Below, piece after piece: positions 1-8,650 of a DNA stretch of 64,000 nucleotides (the first letter of the stretch is position 1; the number at the start of each line of letters is the position of its first letter). The position numbers and the translations under genes are program-made. The notes under the pieces were generated by a model. It ran no database searches, was not told where the DNA came from, and saw nothing but the letters and a program-made list of their open reading frames with translations. This DNA is from Prevotella sp. (GTDB lineage: Bacteria > Bacteroidota > Bacteroidia > Bacteroidales > Bacteroidaceae): assembly GCA_016284635.1 (NCBI GenBank), contig JAEEPF010000001.1, positions 10,041 to 74,040 of the forward strand, written 5' to 3'.

Positions 1-970
1 AGAGGCGGCGGAGGGCGAAGATGTAGTAGGCGATGAGTAGGGGGTAGCCGATGTAGTAGAGGGTGGTGATGCTGAAGACCACGTAACAGACAGCACAGAC
101 AGCGAGGAGGCCGCCGAGGTATAGGATGGCACTGCCCAAGGGGAGGTGCTTCGTGACATCGTCGACGGTGGCGATGGCGACGATGACAATGGCCCAAACG
201 GAGGTGACGAAAAGTCCCAAATGGAGGGGCATGCCGAAGGGATTGAGTGAAGGATGGTAGTAGAAATGGCGCCACGACTCTGGGCCGAAAAGCTGGATGG
301 AACTGTAGAGAACGGCTGAGGAGGCCACCAACAAGCAGAGGGTCGTCGGATAGAAAGAGGGGATATCGTTGAAATGCACGATCTTTGCACCACGTCGCAT
401 CAGACGACGAACACCATAGGCCGCAACGATAACCACACAGAAGGCCAAAAACACGAGCAAGTGGACATTGGAGAAGAGGTCGATGAACTGGCTGATAGGA
501 TCGTCTGGTGAGACCTTCGACAGGAGTTCGTTCTCATGTATCCAGCCAAAAGTGAATTGGTCACGGGCCACTTTTACCCAGATGGAGTCGATGGTGTCAG
601 AAGGAACTGTCCTGATGTCTGCCACGACGATGCGCTCGTGTTTCCTCAGGGTGATTGAGTCGAGGGAGAATTGAGAATTAGGAATTGAGAATTGAGAATT
701 AGGATTACTCTCATATTGCGAGTTAAGAGCTGAGACCACATCGGGAATAGACATGGCATCAGGTTCCTGGGCGACAACCACGAGTGAGTCACCCGTCACG
801 ACAAAGTTGTAGTTCTGAGTGTAGTGGTGGGTGGTGTAGAAAGAGATGGAGTCGATTTGTTGCTCCGTCAGGTTCCAGGCATCGGGGGTGAGGGGGCCAC
901 GGTTATAACACGCTACGCTAAATGATAAATGATAAATGATAAATGATAAACCTATCAACCATTTTCTCAT
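1..970 (-). CDS. Conserved Bacteroidales membrane protein, 3'-partial (runs off window start); not in supplied ORF track
   Basis: Manual translation from ATG at 970 (or 973): MRKWLIGLSFIIYHLSFSVACYNRGP...HHYTQNYNFVV...IWVKVARDQFTFGWIHE...PDDPISQFIDLFS... followed by several hydrophobic helices; frame is open to position 1. Confidence 0.7.
   Translation of the reverse strand, partial: MRKWLIGLSFIIYHLSFSVACYNRGPLTPDAWNLTEQQIDSISFYTTHHYTQNYNFVVTGDSLVVVAQEPDAMSIPDVVSALNSQYESNPNSQFSIPNSQFSLDSITLRKHERIVVADIRTVPSDTIDSIWVKVARDQFTFGWIHENELLSKVSPDDPISQFIDLFSNVHLLVFLAFCVVIVAAYGVRRLMRRGAKIVHFNDIPSFYPTTLCLLVASSAVLYSSIQLFGPESWRHFYYHPSLNPFGMPLHLGLFVTSVWAIVIVAIATVDDVTKHLPLGSAILYLGGLLAVCAVCYVVFSITTLYYIGYPLLIAYYIFALRRL
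666..706. repeat. Heptamer tandem repeat (GAGAATT/AGGAATT) about x6, in frame in the 1-970 CDS
   Basis: gagaatt gagaatt aggaatt gagaatt gagaatt aggatt; translates as NPNSQFSIPNSQFS. Confidence 0.85.
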
Positions 971-1029
971 CATACGACACGAACCACGACGGAAATATTT
1001 CTCATTCATCATTCATCATTTATCATTTA
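919..1029. repeat. Inverted pair of heptamer arrays (TAAATGA)x4 / (TCATT[C/T]A)x4 spanning the U32 stop and the next start
   Basis: 919-950 taaatga repeats; 1002-1029 tcattca/tcattta repeats (reverse complement). Confidence 0.85.
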
Positions 1030-3046
1030 GGCCGCAGGCCGCATAGATGTTCATCTGACAGTGCTTACAATCGAACTCGAGACGGAAGCGACGACCGTCG
1101 CCTAAGACGAGATAGAGCGGTTCGTGCCAAGTGGGACGCTGACCACCGTGCTTGACGCAATAGCCAAGGGCATAGCGGATGCAGTGGCGACACTGCATGA
1201 TAGGACCATCACCACCTTTCAGTTCGTAGGCAGAGATGGCGAGAATTTCAAATCCCTGCCAATTGCGAGCATAGAACTGCTGGGAGAGGCGGTTGGAAAT
1301 ATTATACAAATAGGTGTAGGGGTAGTTTCGTGGATGGTGGAGGGTGGAAAGTGGAGTGAGATTACCTTGTATGGGAGAATCTGTCGCAGGAGTATTCTCA
1401 CTCCTCACTCCACACTCCTCACTCCTCAATAAGTCCACTAAGGAGCGACGCATGTCGGAAAGGACGCTGTTGGGAATGAAGTAGTTGAAGTCGGTAGGGA
1501 TGTCGACAGATGAACAGGTATAGATAGTGTCGCCAAGTTTAGAGAGTTGGCGGATGATGTTTTCGTGGGGAGGCTTTTGGGCCTGCTGATGTTCAGCGCG
1601 AAGGTGAATCATGGGGACAGTCCCCATGTGCTTCGCAGGCTCCGCACACAGGGGAAGTTCTTGCGTCCCTTCGGTAGCAAGCGGCAAAGCCGAGCGCCCC
1701 TGATTCACTGGCTGCGCCAAAGAGGCGGAGAGCGTGAAGCCATCGGCGACGGCACGGAGGGCGAGGCGGATAGGGATACGACGCTCTGCACTGGGTTTAG
1801 AGAGAAGGCGTTCCTGTTCCTGATCGTTGTTGCGATAGAGACGCATACCAGGACGAAGGCCTTGTGGCATGCGATAAGGCCAGATGCGATTACCCTGCAC
1901 ACGATTAGCACGGAAGCCCTCTAAACTTTGAACTTTGAACTTTGAACTTTGAACTGTTTGATTTCCTCCTGAGAGAAAACAAAGCCCGTCGCCGTTGGCG
2001 AAGGATGCTATTCCGGAGACGGTAAAAGAGTCGCCACGCAGTTCCTTCACCGTTCCGACATATTCGCCAACGGCCTTGGGGGTATCGAAAGAGGCGATAT
2101 TGGGCTGGCGACCATGCAGGAAATAGGTGGTGTAGCCACGATTGAAGGTCTTGCGCAAGTCTGGCGTGAAAGTATAACGACACTCGCCCAGCGAACTGCG
2201 ACGGTATTTGTCAGGATAGCGGCTGATGATCTCGTTGAGCCGTTGGCTATAGGCTGCTGTGACATTCTTCACATAGCTGACATCCTTCAGACGGCCTTCT
2301 ATCTTAAAAGAAGTGGCACCCGCCTCAATCAATTCCAACAGGTGGTCGCTCTGGTTCATATCCTTGAGGGAGAGCAGATAACGATCGTGCTCCACTTCCC
2401 TACCCTCGCTGTCGAACAGCGAGAACTTCATGCGACAGAACTGTGCACACTCCCCACGATTAGCCGAACGTCCGAAGCAATACTGGGAGGCATAGCAGAG
2501 ACCTGAATAACTGACACACAGGGCACCATGGACAAAGACTTCCAATTCAACGTCAGGCACCTCACGATGGATCTCTGCAATCTCCTCGACAGAGAGTTCA
2601 CGAGCCAAGACCACACGGGAAAAGCCTAAGGAACGGAGCCAGCGGACCTTCTCTGGGGTACGGTTGTCGGTCTGAGTGGAAGCATGTAATGATGGACTTT
2701 GAACTTTGAACTTTGAACTTTGAACTGTATGATTACATATTGCCCATATTGCCATATCCTGGACGAGGATGGCATCGACGCCAATAGTCTGGAGGTCCAG
2801 AAGGAGTTGGCGGGTGGCATCGAGTTCGTCGTCGTAGAGGATGGTGTTGACGGTCACATAGACCTTGACGCCAAAGGGATGGGCGTAGTCGCAGAGTTGG
2901 CGAATGTCGTCGAGACTGTTGCCTGCCGCAGAACGGGCTCCGAAACGCGAAGCCCCGATATAAACGGCATCGGCGCCATGATAGATGGCAGCAATGCCAC
3001 ATGCGAGGTTCTTGGCAGGTGCCAACAGTTCAAGTGATGTCATCAA
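1016..3046 (-). CDS. Peptidase U32 family protein with C-terminal DUF3656-type region (RlhA-like RNA hydroxylase)
   Basis: ELLAPA, GADAVYIG, LHASTQ, EVFVHGALCVSYSGLC...RSANRGECAQFCR, FKIEGRLK motifs; long C-terminal extension. Confidence 0.85.
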   Translation of the reverse strand: MMTSLELLAPAKNLACGIAAIYHGADAVYIGASRFGARSAAGNSLDDIRQLCDYAHPFGVKVYVTVNTILYDDELDATRQLLLDLQTIGVDAILVQDMAIWAICNHTVQSSKFKVQSPSLHASTQTDNRTPEKVRWLRSLGFSRVVLARELSVEEIAEIHREVPDVELEVFVHGALCVSYSGLCYASQYCFGRSANRGECAQFCRMKFSLFDSEGREVEHDRYLLSLKDMNQSDHLLELIEAGATSFKIEGRLKDVSYVKNVTAAYSQRLNEIISRYPDKYRRSSLGECRYTFTPDLRKTFNRGYTTYFLHGRQPNIASFDTPKAVGEYVGTVKELRGDSFTVSGIASFANGDGLCFLSGGNQTVQSSKFKVQSLEGFRANRVQGNRIWPYRMPQGLRPGMRLYRNNDQEQERLLSKPSAERRIPIRLALRAVADGFTLSASLAQPVNQGRSALPLATEGTQELPLCAEPAKHMGTVPMIHLRAEHQQAQKPPHENIIRQLSKLGDTIYTCSSVDIPTDFNYFIPNSVLSDMRRSLVDLLRSEECGVRSENTPATDSPIQGNLTPLSTLHHPRNYPYTYLYNISNRLSQQFYARNWQGFEILAISAYELKGGDGPIMQCRHCIRYALGYCVKHGGQRPTWHEPLYLVLGDGRRFRLEFDCKHCQMNIYAACGLNDK

Positions 3047-3947
3047 TATTATAAGGTGTCTCCTGATAGACGTAGTAGTTCACCCAATTAGTATAAAATA
3101 GGTTCGCGTGCGAGCGCCAGGTGACCATCGGGGGATTATTAGGATTATCATTCTTGTAATAATGCAGCGGTGGCGCCACATCCTTACGGATATCCTTGTC
3201 ACGCTTGTATTCATTGTCGAGCGTGTTTGGTGCATACTCCAGATGTCCTGTGATGAAGAACTCACGACCGCCACGGGCCATCACGATGCTGACACCGCTG
3301 TCCTCCGATTCAGCGATAAGCGTCAGTTCGGGATTAGCGAGAATATCCTCACGATGTATCTCCGTATGACGGCTGTGGGGCATCATAAACTCATCGTCAA
3401 AGCCTCTGAAGATAGGCAGACGAGGATCCAGCGGTTTCTGCGGGAAGATGCCGAACATTTTCATCGGCAGCGGATACTTCGGCACACCATAATGATAATA
3501 CAGTCCGGCCTGGGCAGCCCAGCAGATATACAAGGTACTGGTGACGTGCGTCTTGGCCCACTCGAAGATATCGGTGATCTCATTCCAATAGCTCACCTCC
3601 TCAAACTCCAACTGTTCAACAGGAGCACCTGTCACAATCATGCCGTCGTACTTCTCGTAGCGCATCTCGGCAAAATCACGGTAGAACATCATCATGTGCT
3701 CTATCGGCGTATTCTTGGGCGTATGGCTCTGCAACTTCATAAAACTGATCTCCAGCTGCAACGGTGTGTTCGACAGCAGACGGATCAGGTCTGTTTCCGT
3801 GGTAATCTTCAACGGCATCAGGTTCAGGATGGCGATCCTCAAAGGTCGGATGTCCTGCGAATGGGCCCTGGTGTCGTCCATCACGAAGATGTTCTCCTGC
3901 TTCAACAGGTCGATGGCAGGAAGTCTATCTGGTAATCTTAATGGCAT
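3030..3947 (-). CDS. metA: Homoserine O-acyltransferase MetA (probably acetyltransferase)
   Basis: QDIRPLRIAILNLMP, TGAPVE, ICWAAQA (catalytic Cys), PHSRH, GHLEY, WRSHA motifs. Confidence 0.95.
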   Translation of the reverse strand: MPLRLPDRLPAIDLLKQENIFVMDDTRAHSQDIRPLRIAILNLMPLKITTETDLIRLLSNTPLQLEISFMKLQSHTPKNTPIEHMMMFYRDFAEMRYEKYDGMIVTGAPVEQLEFEEVSYWNEITDIFEWAKTHVTSTLYICWAAQAGLYYHYGVPKYPLPMKMFGIFPQKPLDPRLPIFRGFDDEFMMPHSRHTEIHREDILANPELTLIAESEDSGVSIVMARGGREFFITGHLEYAPNTLDNEYKRDKDIRKDVAPPLHYYKNDNPNNPPMVTWRSHANLFYTNWVNYYVYQETPYNIDDIT

Positions 3948-3973
3948 CTATTTATTGACGATTTAATGATTTA

Positions 3974-4720
3974 CTATTTAATGGTTATCACACAACAGGA
4001 GACATTATCGATACCTCCTGCCTCGATGGCTGCACTGCAAAGGGTGTTGGCACCTGCTTTCCCTTCTAACAGTTCGCTGATTGCCTTGTCTGAGAGCATA
4101 TCCGTCAGTCCGTCGCTGCAGAGCAAGTAGACATCGTGAGGCATGATATCGTTCGTCATCGTCACCATATCAATGAAAGAGGAGTTGCATCCCCCACCGA
4201 TACAGTTGGTTATGACGTTCGTATGCTTCTCATCACCCTTGAGATTACTCAGCGAATGGTCTGTCGTCAACTGAACCAGCTGGTGGTCACGGAAACGATA
4301 GAGCCTGCTGTCTCCACAGTTCAGGGAATAGAATTCGTTATTATAGTAGGCTATACCTACTAAGGTTGTTCCCATGCCCTTGAACTGTTCGTCGGCACGG
4401 CCTTTCGAGGCGACATAGTTATTGATGGAATTGAGCCACCCCGCCATCGCCTCGTTAAATTCGCTGATATTGAGGCACAAGGGAATGTCGTAGAAGAAAT
4501 AATGGAGGTTGCGGAGGGTGTCGTTGCTGGCAACATCACCACGGTTATGACCTCCCATACCGTCTGCCACCGCTATCATCATTCGGTCTTCACGACCCAG
4601 AACGATCTGTGTCTGGTAAGTGTCTTCACGGATAAACCGGTTATCCACCAATACCATGTCCTCGTTCTGACTCCTCACACGGCCAGTCCAACTTGCTGCC
4701 GATATATCCAATATTACCAT
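3974..4720 (-). CDS. PP2C/PPM-family Ser/Thr protein phosphatase
   Basis: GRVRSQNED, VADGMGGH, GMGTT, NCGDSRLY, LCSDGLTD, GGIDNVS motifs. Confidence 0.93.
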   Translation of the reverse strand: MVILDISAASWTGRVRSQNEDMVLVDNRFIREDTYQTQIVLGREDRMMIAVADGMGGHNRGDVASNDTLRNLHYFFYDIPLCLNISEFNEAMAGWLNSINNYVASKGRADEQFKGMGTTLVGIAYYNNEFYSLNCGDSRLYRFRDHQLVQLTTDHSLSNLKGDEKHTNVITNCIGGGCNSSFIDMVTMTNDIMPHDVYLLCSDGLTDMLSDKAISELLEGKAGANTLCSAAIEAGGIDNVSCCVITIK

Positions 4721-4726
4721 CTGTTA

Positions 4727-5281
4727 CTATCTGATAATGACTTGCAGATTGACATTCGCTAATGCGAGGACATCTCCATTGTTCAATGTCATTTCCACAT
4801 CGGGCTGTATCTGACGCTGGTTCAGCTTCGTTCCGTTGGAGGAATGTTTATCCACCACGCACCAGCCCGTCTTTGGCTTGAAAATCAGTTGGGCATGAAT
4901 ACCCGACACGTATGCCTGTTTCTCGAAGAACTGCGTATAAGGTCCCTTACGACGACCGATGATGGCACCATTCATGGCAACAATCCGGATATTCAGACTG
5001 TCGTTGGCAAGTGTCAGCACAGGCATACCGCCTTGTGCTCCTGGACGTGACTCATCCGGTCTGATGGATCCGTATGTAGCATATCCAACGGATGCGATGC
5101 TCTCCATCTGCGGTTGTTGCGCCTCTTTGCCAGGAACCACCATGAGGCCTCCACAATAGGTGCAACGCCGTCCAACACCCACCCGACCACACTGGTTACA
5201 ATACAGCAGAGCATGTCCACACTGGTCACAATAGCGGGAATCGTCGTCTATCTCTTCTTTGCAAGTCGGACAAATGATCAT
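4727..5281 (-). CDS. Double zinc-ribbon + FHA domain protein
   Basis: CPTC..CDQC..CNQC..CTYC N-terminus; FHA signature IIGRR...VSGIHA...SSNGTKLN. Confidence 0.9.
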   Translation of the reverse strand: MIICPTCKEEIDDDSRYCDQCGHALLYCNQCGRVGVGRRCTYCGGLMVVPGKEAQQPQMESIASVGYATYGSIRPDESRPGAQGGMPVLTLANDSLNIRIVAMNGAIIGRRKGPYTQFFEKQAYVSGIHAQLIFKPKTGWCVVDKHSSNGTKLNQRQIQPDVEMTLNNGDVLALANVNLQVIIR

Positions 5282-5344
5282 ATTTACGATTTTCTTATTT
5301 TTTTTAGTCGCTATGCTTTGTAAAAGCGCAAAAGCGAGTTCAAT

Positions 5345-8300
5345 TTATATATCTTCTGGCAGGATGAGCTGATAGGTTTCTTTCGTCACCTGGTCACTTG
5401 GCATCTGCGACACACGGAGAGACAGCTTCTGAATTGTGGCATCCAGCAAGTTACGCATCTCACGGGCATTGCCCCAAGACTCATCCTTGGCCAGCACCAT
5501 CTTGTAAATGGTGTCAAGTGCCTTGTACTCTGCCGTCTGCGAGAGCGTGTACTGCTCCTTCTGTGCCATGTGCTTGTAGATAGCCAGTAGCTCGTCTTCG
5601 TTATAGTCGTCGATATGAAGCTTATGGGTGAAACGGCTGGCAAGACCTGGGTTCATCATCATGAAGTCCTCCATCTTGTCCTTATAGCCTGCAGCAATCA
5701 CCACGAACTTACCACGATCGTCCTCCATTCGCTTCATCAACGTATCGATGGCTTCCTTGCCATACTGGTCGCCACCCTCGCTAAGGGTATAGGCCTCATC
5801 GATGAACAAGATGCCGCCGATAGCCTTGTCGCACATATTGTTGACGATCTTCGGCGTCTCACCCATATACTTACCCACCAGGGTAGCACGGCTCACCTCC
5901 AAGACACGGGAGGTAGGCAGGATGTCCATGGACTGGAGGATCTCACCCATCTTCCTGGCAATGCTGGTCTTACCTGTTCCTGGATTACCCGTCAAAACGA
6001 AGTTCATCGCCATCTGCTGAACCTTACCGGCACCCATGGCGGCACGCTGTTTCATAAACATGCTCTGCACAGCCAGACGACGGATGGAGTTCTTGACAGA
6101 ACGCATACCCACAAACTCGTCGAGTTCGTTGAGCACCTCGTCGAGCGGACGGGCGGTATCGCTCTGAGCCATCGGCAGGTCTTCGGTGGTCAGACTATAC
6201 ATATCGCTCTCCTGGAAGCCCGGATCGTTCATCAGCTTCACCAGACGCTGACTCTGACGCTCGACAGCCTCGTCGAACACCTTCCTAGCTTCACGGGCAT
6301 TACCGAAGTTCTTGTCACGACGCAGATAAAGCTGCTCGAACTGACGATGGATGGCTGCACGTGTATTCTCGTCGACAGTGAAGTTCTTGCCTTTCGCCAG
6401 ATTGAGGAAAATCTCCGTCAGTTCATCAGGCGTATAATCGTCGAAATGGATGGTCTGGGTGAAACGGCTCTTCAGACCCGGATTCGAGTCGATGAAGTCG
6501 TGCATCTGTTCGGTATAGCCGGCCACGATACAGATGAACTTACCACGGTCGTCCTCCAACCGCTTCAGCAACGTGTCGATGGCCTCTGAGCCGAAGGTGT
6601 CGCCATCGCCAGACTTCAGCGTGTAAGCCTCGTCGATAAACAGCACACCGCCCATCGCCTGATCCACCAATTGGTTAGTCTTGATAGCCGTCTGTCCGGA
6701 GAAACCTGCCACCAGTTTTGAACGGTCTGCTTCCACTAGTTGCCCCTTCGCCACGATGCCAAGCGTCCTAAAGACATCGGCCATGATACGGGCGACGGTG
6801 GTCTTACCCGTTCCAGGATTACCAGTAAACACGTAATGCTTGCCCTGGAAGGTATTGGTCTCGCCACGTTTGATCTGCAGGTTCAGGAAGGATGCCAAGT
6901 TGGACACCTCCTTCTTTACACCTGTGAGACCCACCAGACCATCGAGCTTCGCCAGACATTCTGAGATATCCACCGACTTGGGAGCCTCGTAAGGAATATC
7001 TGCCTCCTTGATGGTCATCAGTTCCTCATTACTCATCTGGGCGATGCTCTCACCCTGCAGGCGCTGAGCCTGCTTCTTACAGATCTGGTCAAAGAGAGAA
7101 CGCATTGTACGGCCGTTGGCGAAGTCCTTGTCACGGGAGTTGTACATCTCCGTGATCATCTTCTTGGCCAGTTCTTCACCTTCTTTAGAGAAGATGTATT
7201 TCTTATCCTTGGCGAAGACGAGCATGATCTGGAACAGCTGGTCTGGCGTGTAATCCTTGATATCGAGGAAATAGTTGAAACGGCTGCGGAAGCCCGGATT
7301 GATGCGGAAGAGATTCTCCATCTCCATCCGATAACCGGCAGCGATGACGATGAACTTGCCACGGTCATCTTCCATACGCTTCATGAGCTTCTCCAAAGCC
7401 TGTGCGCCTTGATTGTCACGTTCTCCTGCTGCACTCAATGGTGCCAGGGTATAAGCCTCATCCACAAAAAGGATGCCCCCCATCGCCTTGTCGCACAGAC
7501 GGTCGACGACCTTGGGAGTCTCTCCTTGGTAGGGGCTGACCATCTTCGCACGGTCTACCTCCACTACATGTCCACTATCGAGATAACCTACAGAAGCCAA
7601 TATCTCGCCCAGTTTTCTGGCGATGGTCGTCTTTCCCGTTCCAGGATTACCCGTCAGGATGATGTGCATCGACATCTTCTCTTGCTCGCCCAGACCACGC
7701 TCGGCACGCTGCATGGCATTTTGCACAGAATAAGCCATCTCACGGACGGCACTCTTAACCTCGTCCATGCCGATATACCTGTCGAGATCGCTCAGGATAT
7801 CCTCAATAGTCCGTTCTTCAGGCACATAACCCTTGATATCATCACGCTCCACCTGAGTTGCATCGGCCCCACGGCTGATGAACTGGGTGAAGATATCCTC
7901 AGCGGTCTTATTAGCCAAGTGGCCATTGCCGAAGAGTTCGTCTTTGATCTTAACCTGATACTTGAAATAGCGGGAGAGCTGGTTATCGGCATCCTGAGAG
8001 AATTTGGTAACACCATACTTCGACCGCAGGTTCATCTTACAGATTTCCGTCAATTCGTGATAGCCCGGAGTGGGCAGACGGAAAGTGTACTTGAAGCGGT
8101 TCGTGACGGCAGGATTACTCTCGAGGAAGTCCTCCAGCCCCTTCGTCAGACCAGAGATGACCACGATGGGATTATCCTCCCACTTGTCCATCTCCACGAA
8201 CAACTTATCCAGAGGATTCACCTGATTGGAATACTTGTCTGGCAGCAGTTTCTGCACATTGTCGAAGAACAGGATGCCACCCTTGGCCTTTTTGATATTA

Positions 8301-8650
8301 TCGTCCCACTTGTCCACAAACCGCTGATAGTCAACGGCGTCTACCATCGTCAGTTTCGGTTTCTCAATGATCTTGTTTTTGTAGAAATAGTCACGGAGGA
8401 TCTCGGCAAGCATCGTCTTACCCGTTCCCGTCTCACCAATGACAATGGCGTTGACGGAGATCCTGACCTTGGCGATGTCCTTACGGGACTGAAGGTAGGT
8501 ATAGGTGTTGACGATCGTCTTCAACTGCTGCTTCACCTCGTCAAGACCTACCAGACGATCCAGCAGATCCTGAGTCGCCAGAGGAGTTCCGCACCACTTG
8601 CAGAACTTCGCTACGCTTCTGTTTTCCTTATGACAATTCTCACAAACCAT
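5345..8650 (-). CDS. Zinc ribbon + four tandem SpoVK/CbbX-type AAA+ ATPase modules
   Basis: CENC..CKWC; Walker A GETGTGKT then GNPGTGKT x3; Walker B FFDNVQ, FVDEAY, FIDEAY, FIDEAY; AGY, NPG..SRF and F/WGN.R lid motifs repeated. Confidence 0.92.
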   Translation of the reverse strand: MVCENCHKENRSVAKFCKWCGTPLATQDLLDRLVGLDEVKQQLKTIVNTYTYLQSRKDIAKVRISVNAIVIGETGTGKTMLAEILRDYFYKNKIIEKPKLTMVDAVDYQRFVDKWDDNIKKAKGGILFFDNVQKLLPDKYSNQVNPLDKLFVEMDKWEDNPIVVISGLTKGLEDFLESNPAVTNRFKYTFRLPTPGYHELTEICKMNLRSKYGVTKFSQDADNQLSRYFKYQVKIKDELFGNGHLANKTAEDIFTQFISRGADATQVERDDIKGYVPEERTIEDILSDLDRYIGMDEVKSAVREMAYSVQNAMQRAERGLGEQEKMSMHIILTGNPGTGKTTIARKLGEILASVGYLDSGHVVEVDRAKMVSPYQGETPKVVDRLCDKAMGGILFVDEAYTLAPLSAAGERDNQGAQALEKLMKRMEDDRGKFIVIAAGYRMEMENLFRINPGFRSRFNYFLDIKDYTPDQLFQIMLVFAKDKKYIFSKEGEELAKKMITEMYNSRDKDFANGRTMRSLFDQICKKQAQRLQGESIAQMSNEELMTIKEADIPYEAPKSVDISECLAKLDGLVGLTGVKKEVSNLASFLNLQIKRGETNTFQGKHYVFTGNPGTGKTTVARIMADVFRTLGIVAKGQLVEADRSKLVAGFSGQTAIKTNQLVDQAMGGVLFIDEAYTLKSGDGDTFGSEAIDTLLKRLEDDRGKFICIVAGYTEQMHDFIDSNPGLKSRFTQTIHFDDYTPDELTEIFLNLAKGKNFTVDENTRAAIHRQFEQLYLRRDKNFGNAREARKVFDEAVERQSQRLVKLMNDPGFQESDMYSLTTEDLPMAQSDTARPLDEVLNELDEFVGMRSVKNSIRRLAVQSMFMKQRAAMGAGKVQQMAMNFVLTGNPGTGKTSIARKMGEILQSMDILPTSRVLEVSRATLVGKYMGETPKIVNNMCDKAIGGILFIDEAYTLSEGGDQYGKEAIDTLMKRMEDDRGKFVVIAAGYKDKMEDFMMMNPGLASRFTHKLHIDDYNEDELLAIYKHMAQKEQYTLSQTAEYKALDTIYKMVLAKDESWGNAREMRNLLDATIQKLSLRVSQMPSDQVTKETYQLILPEDI

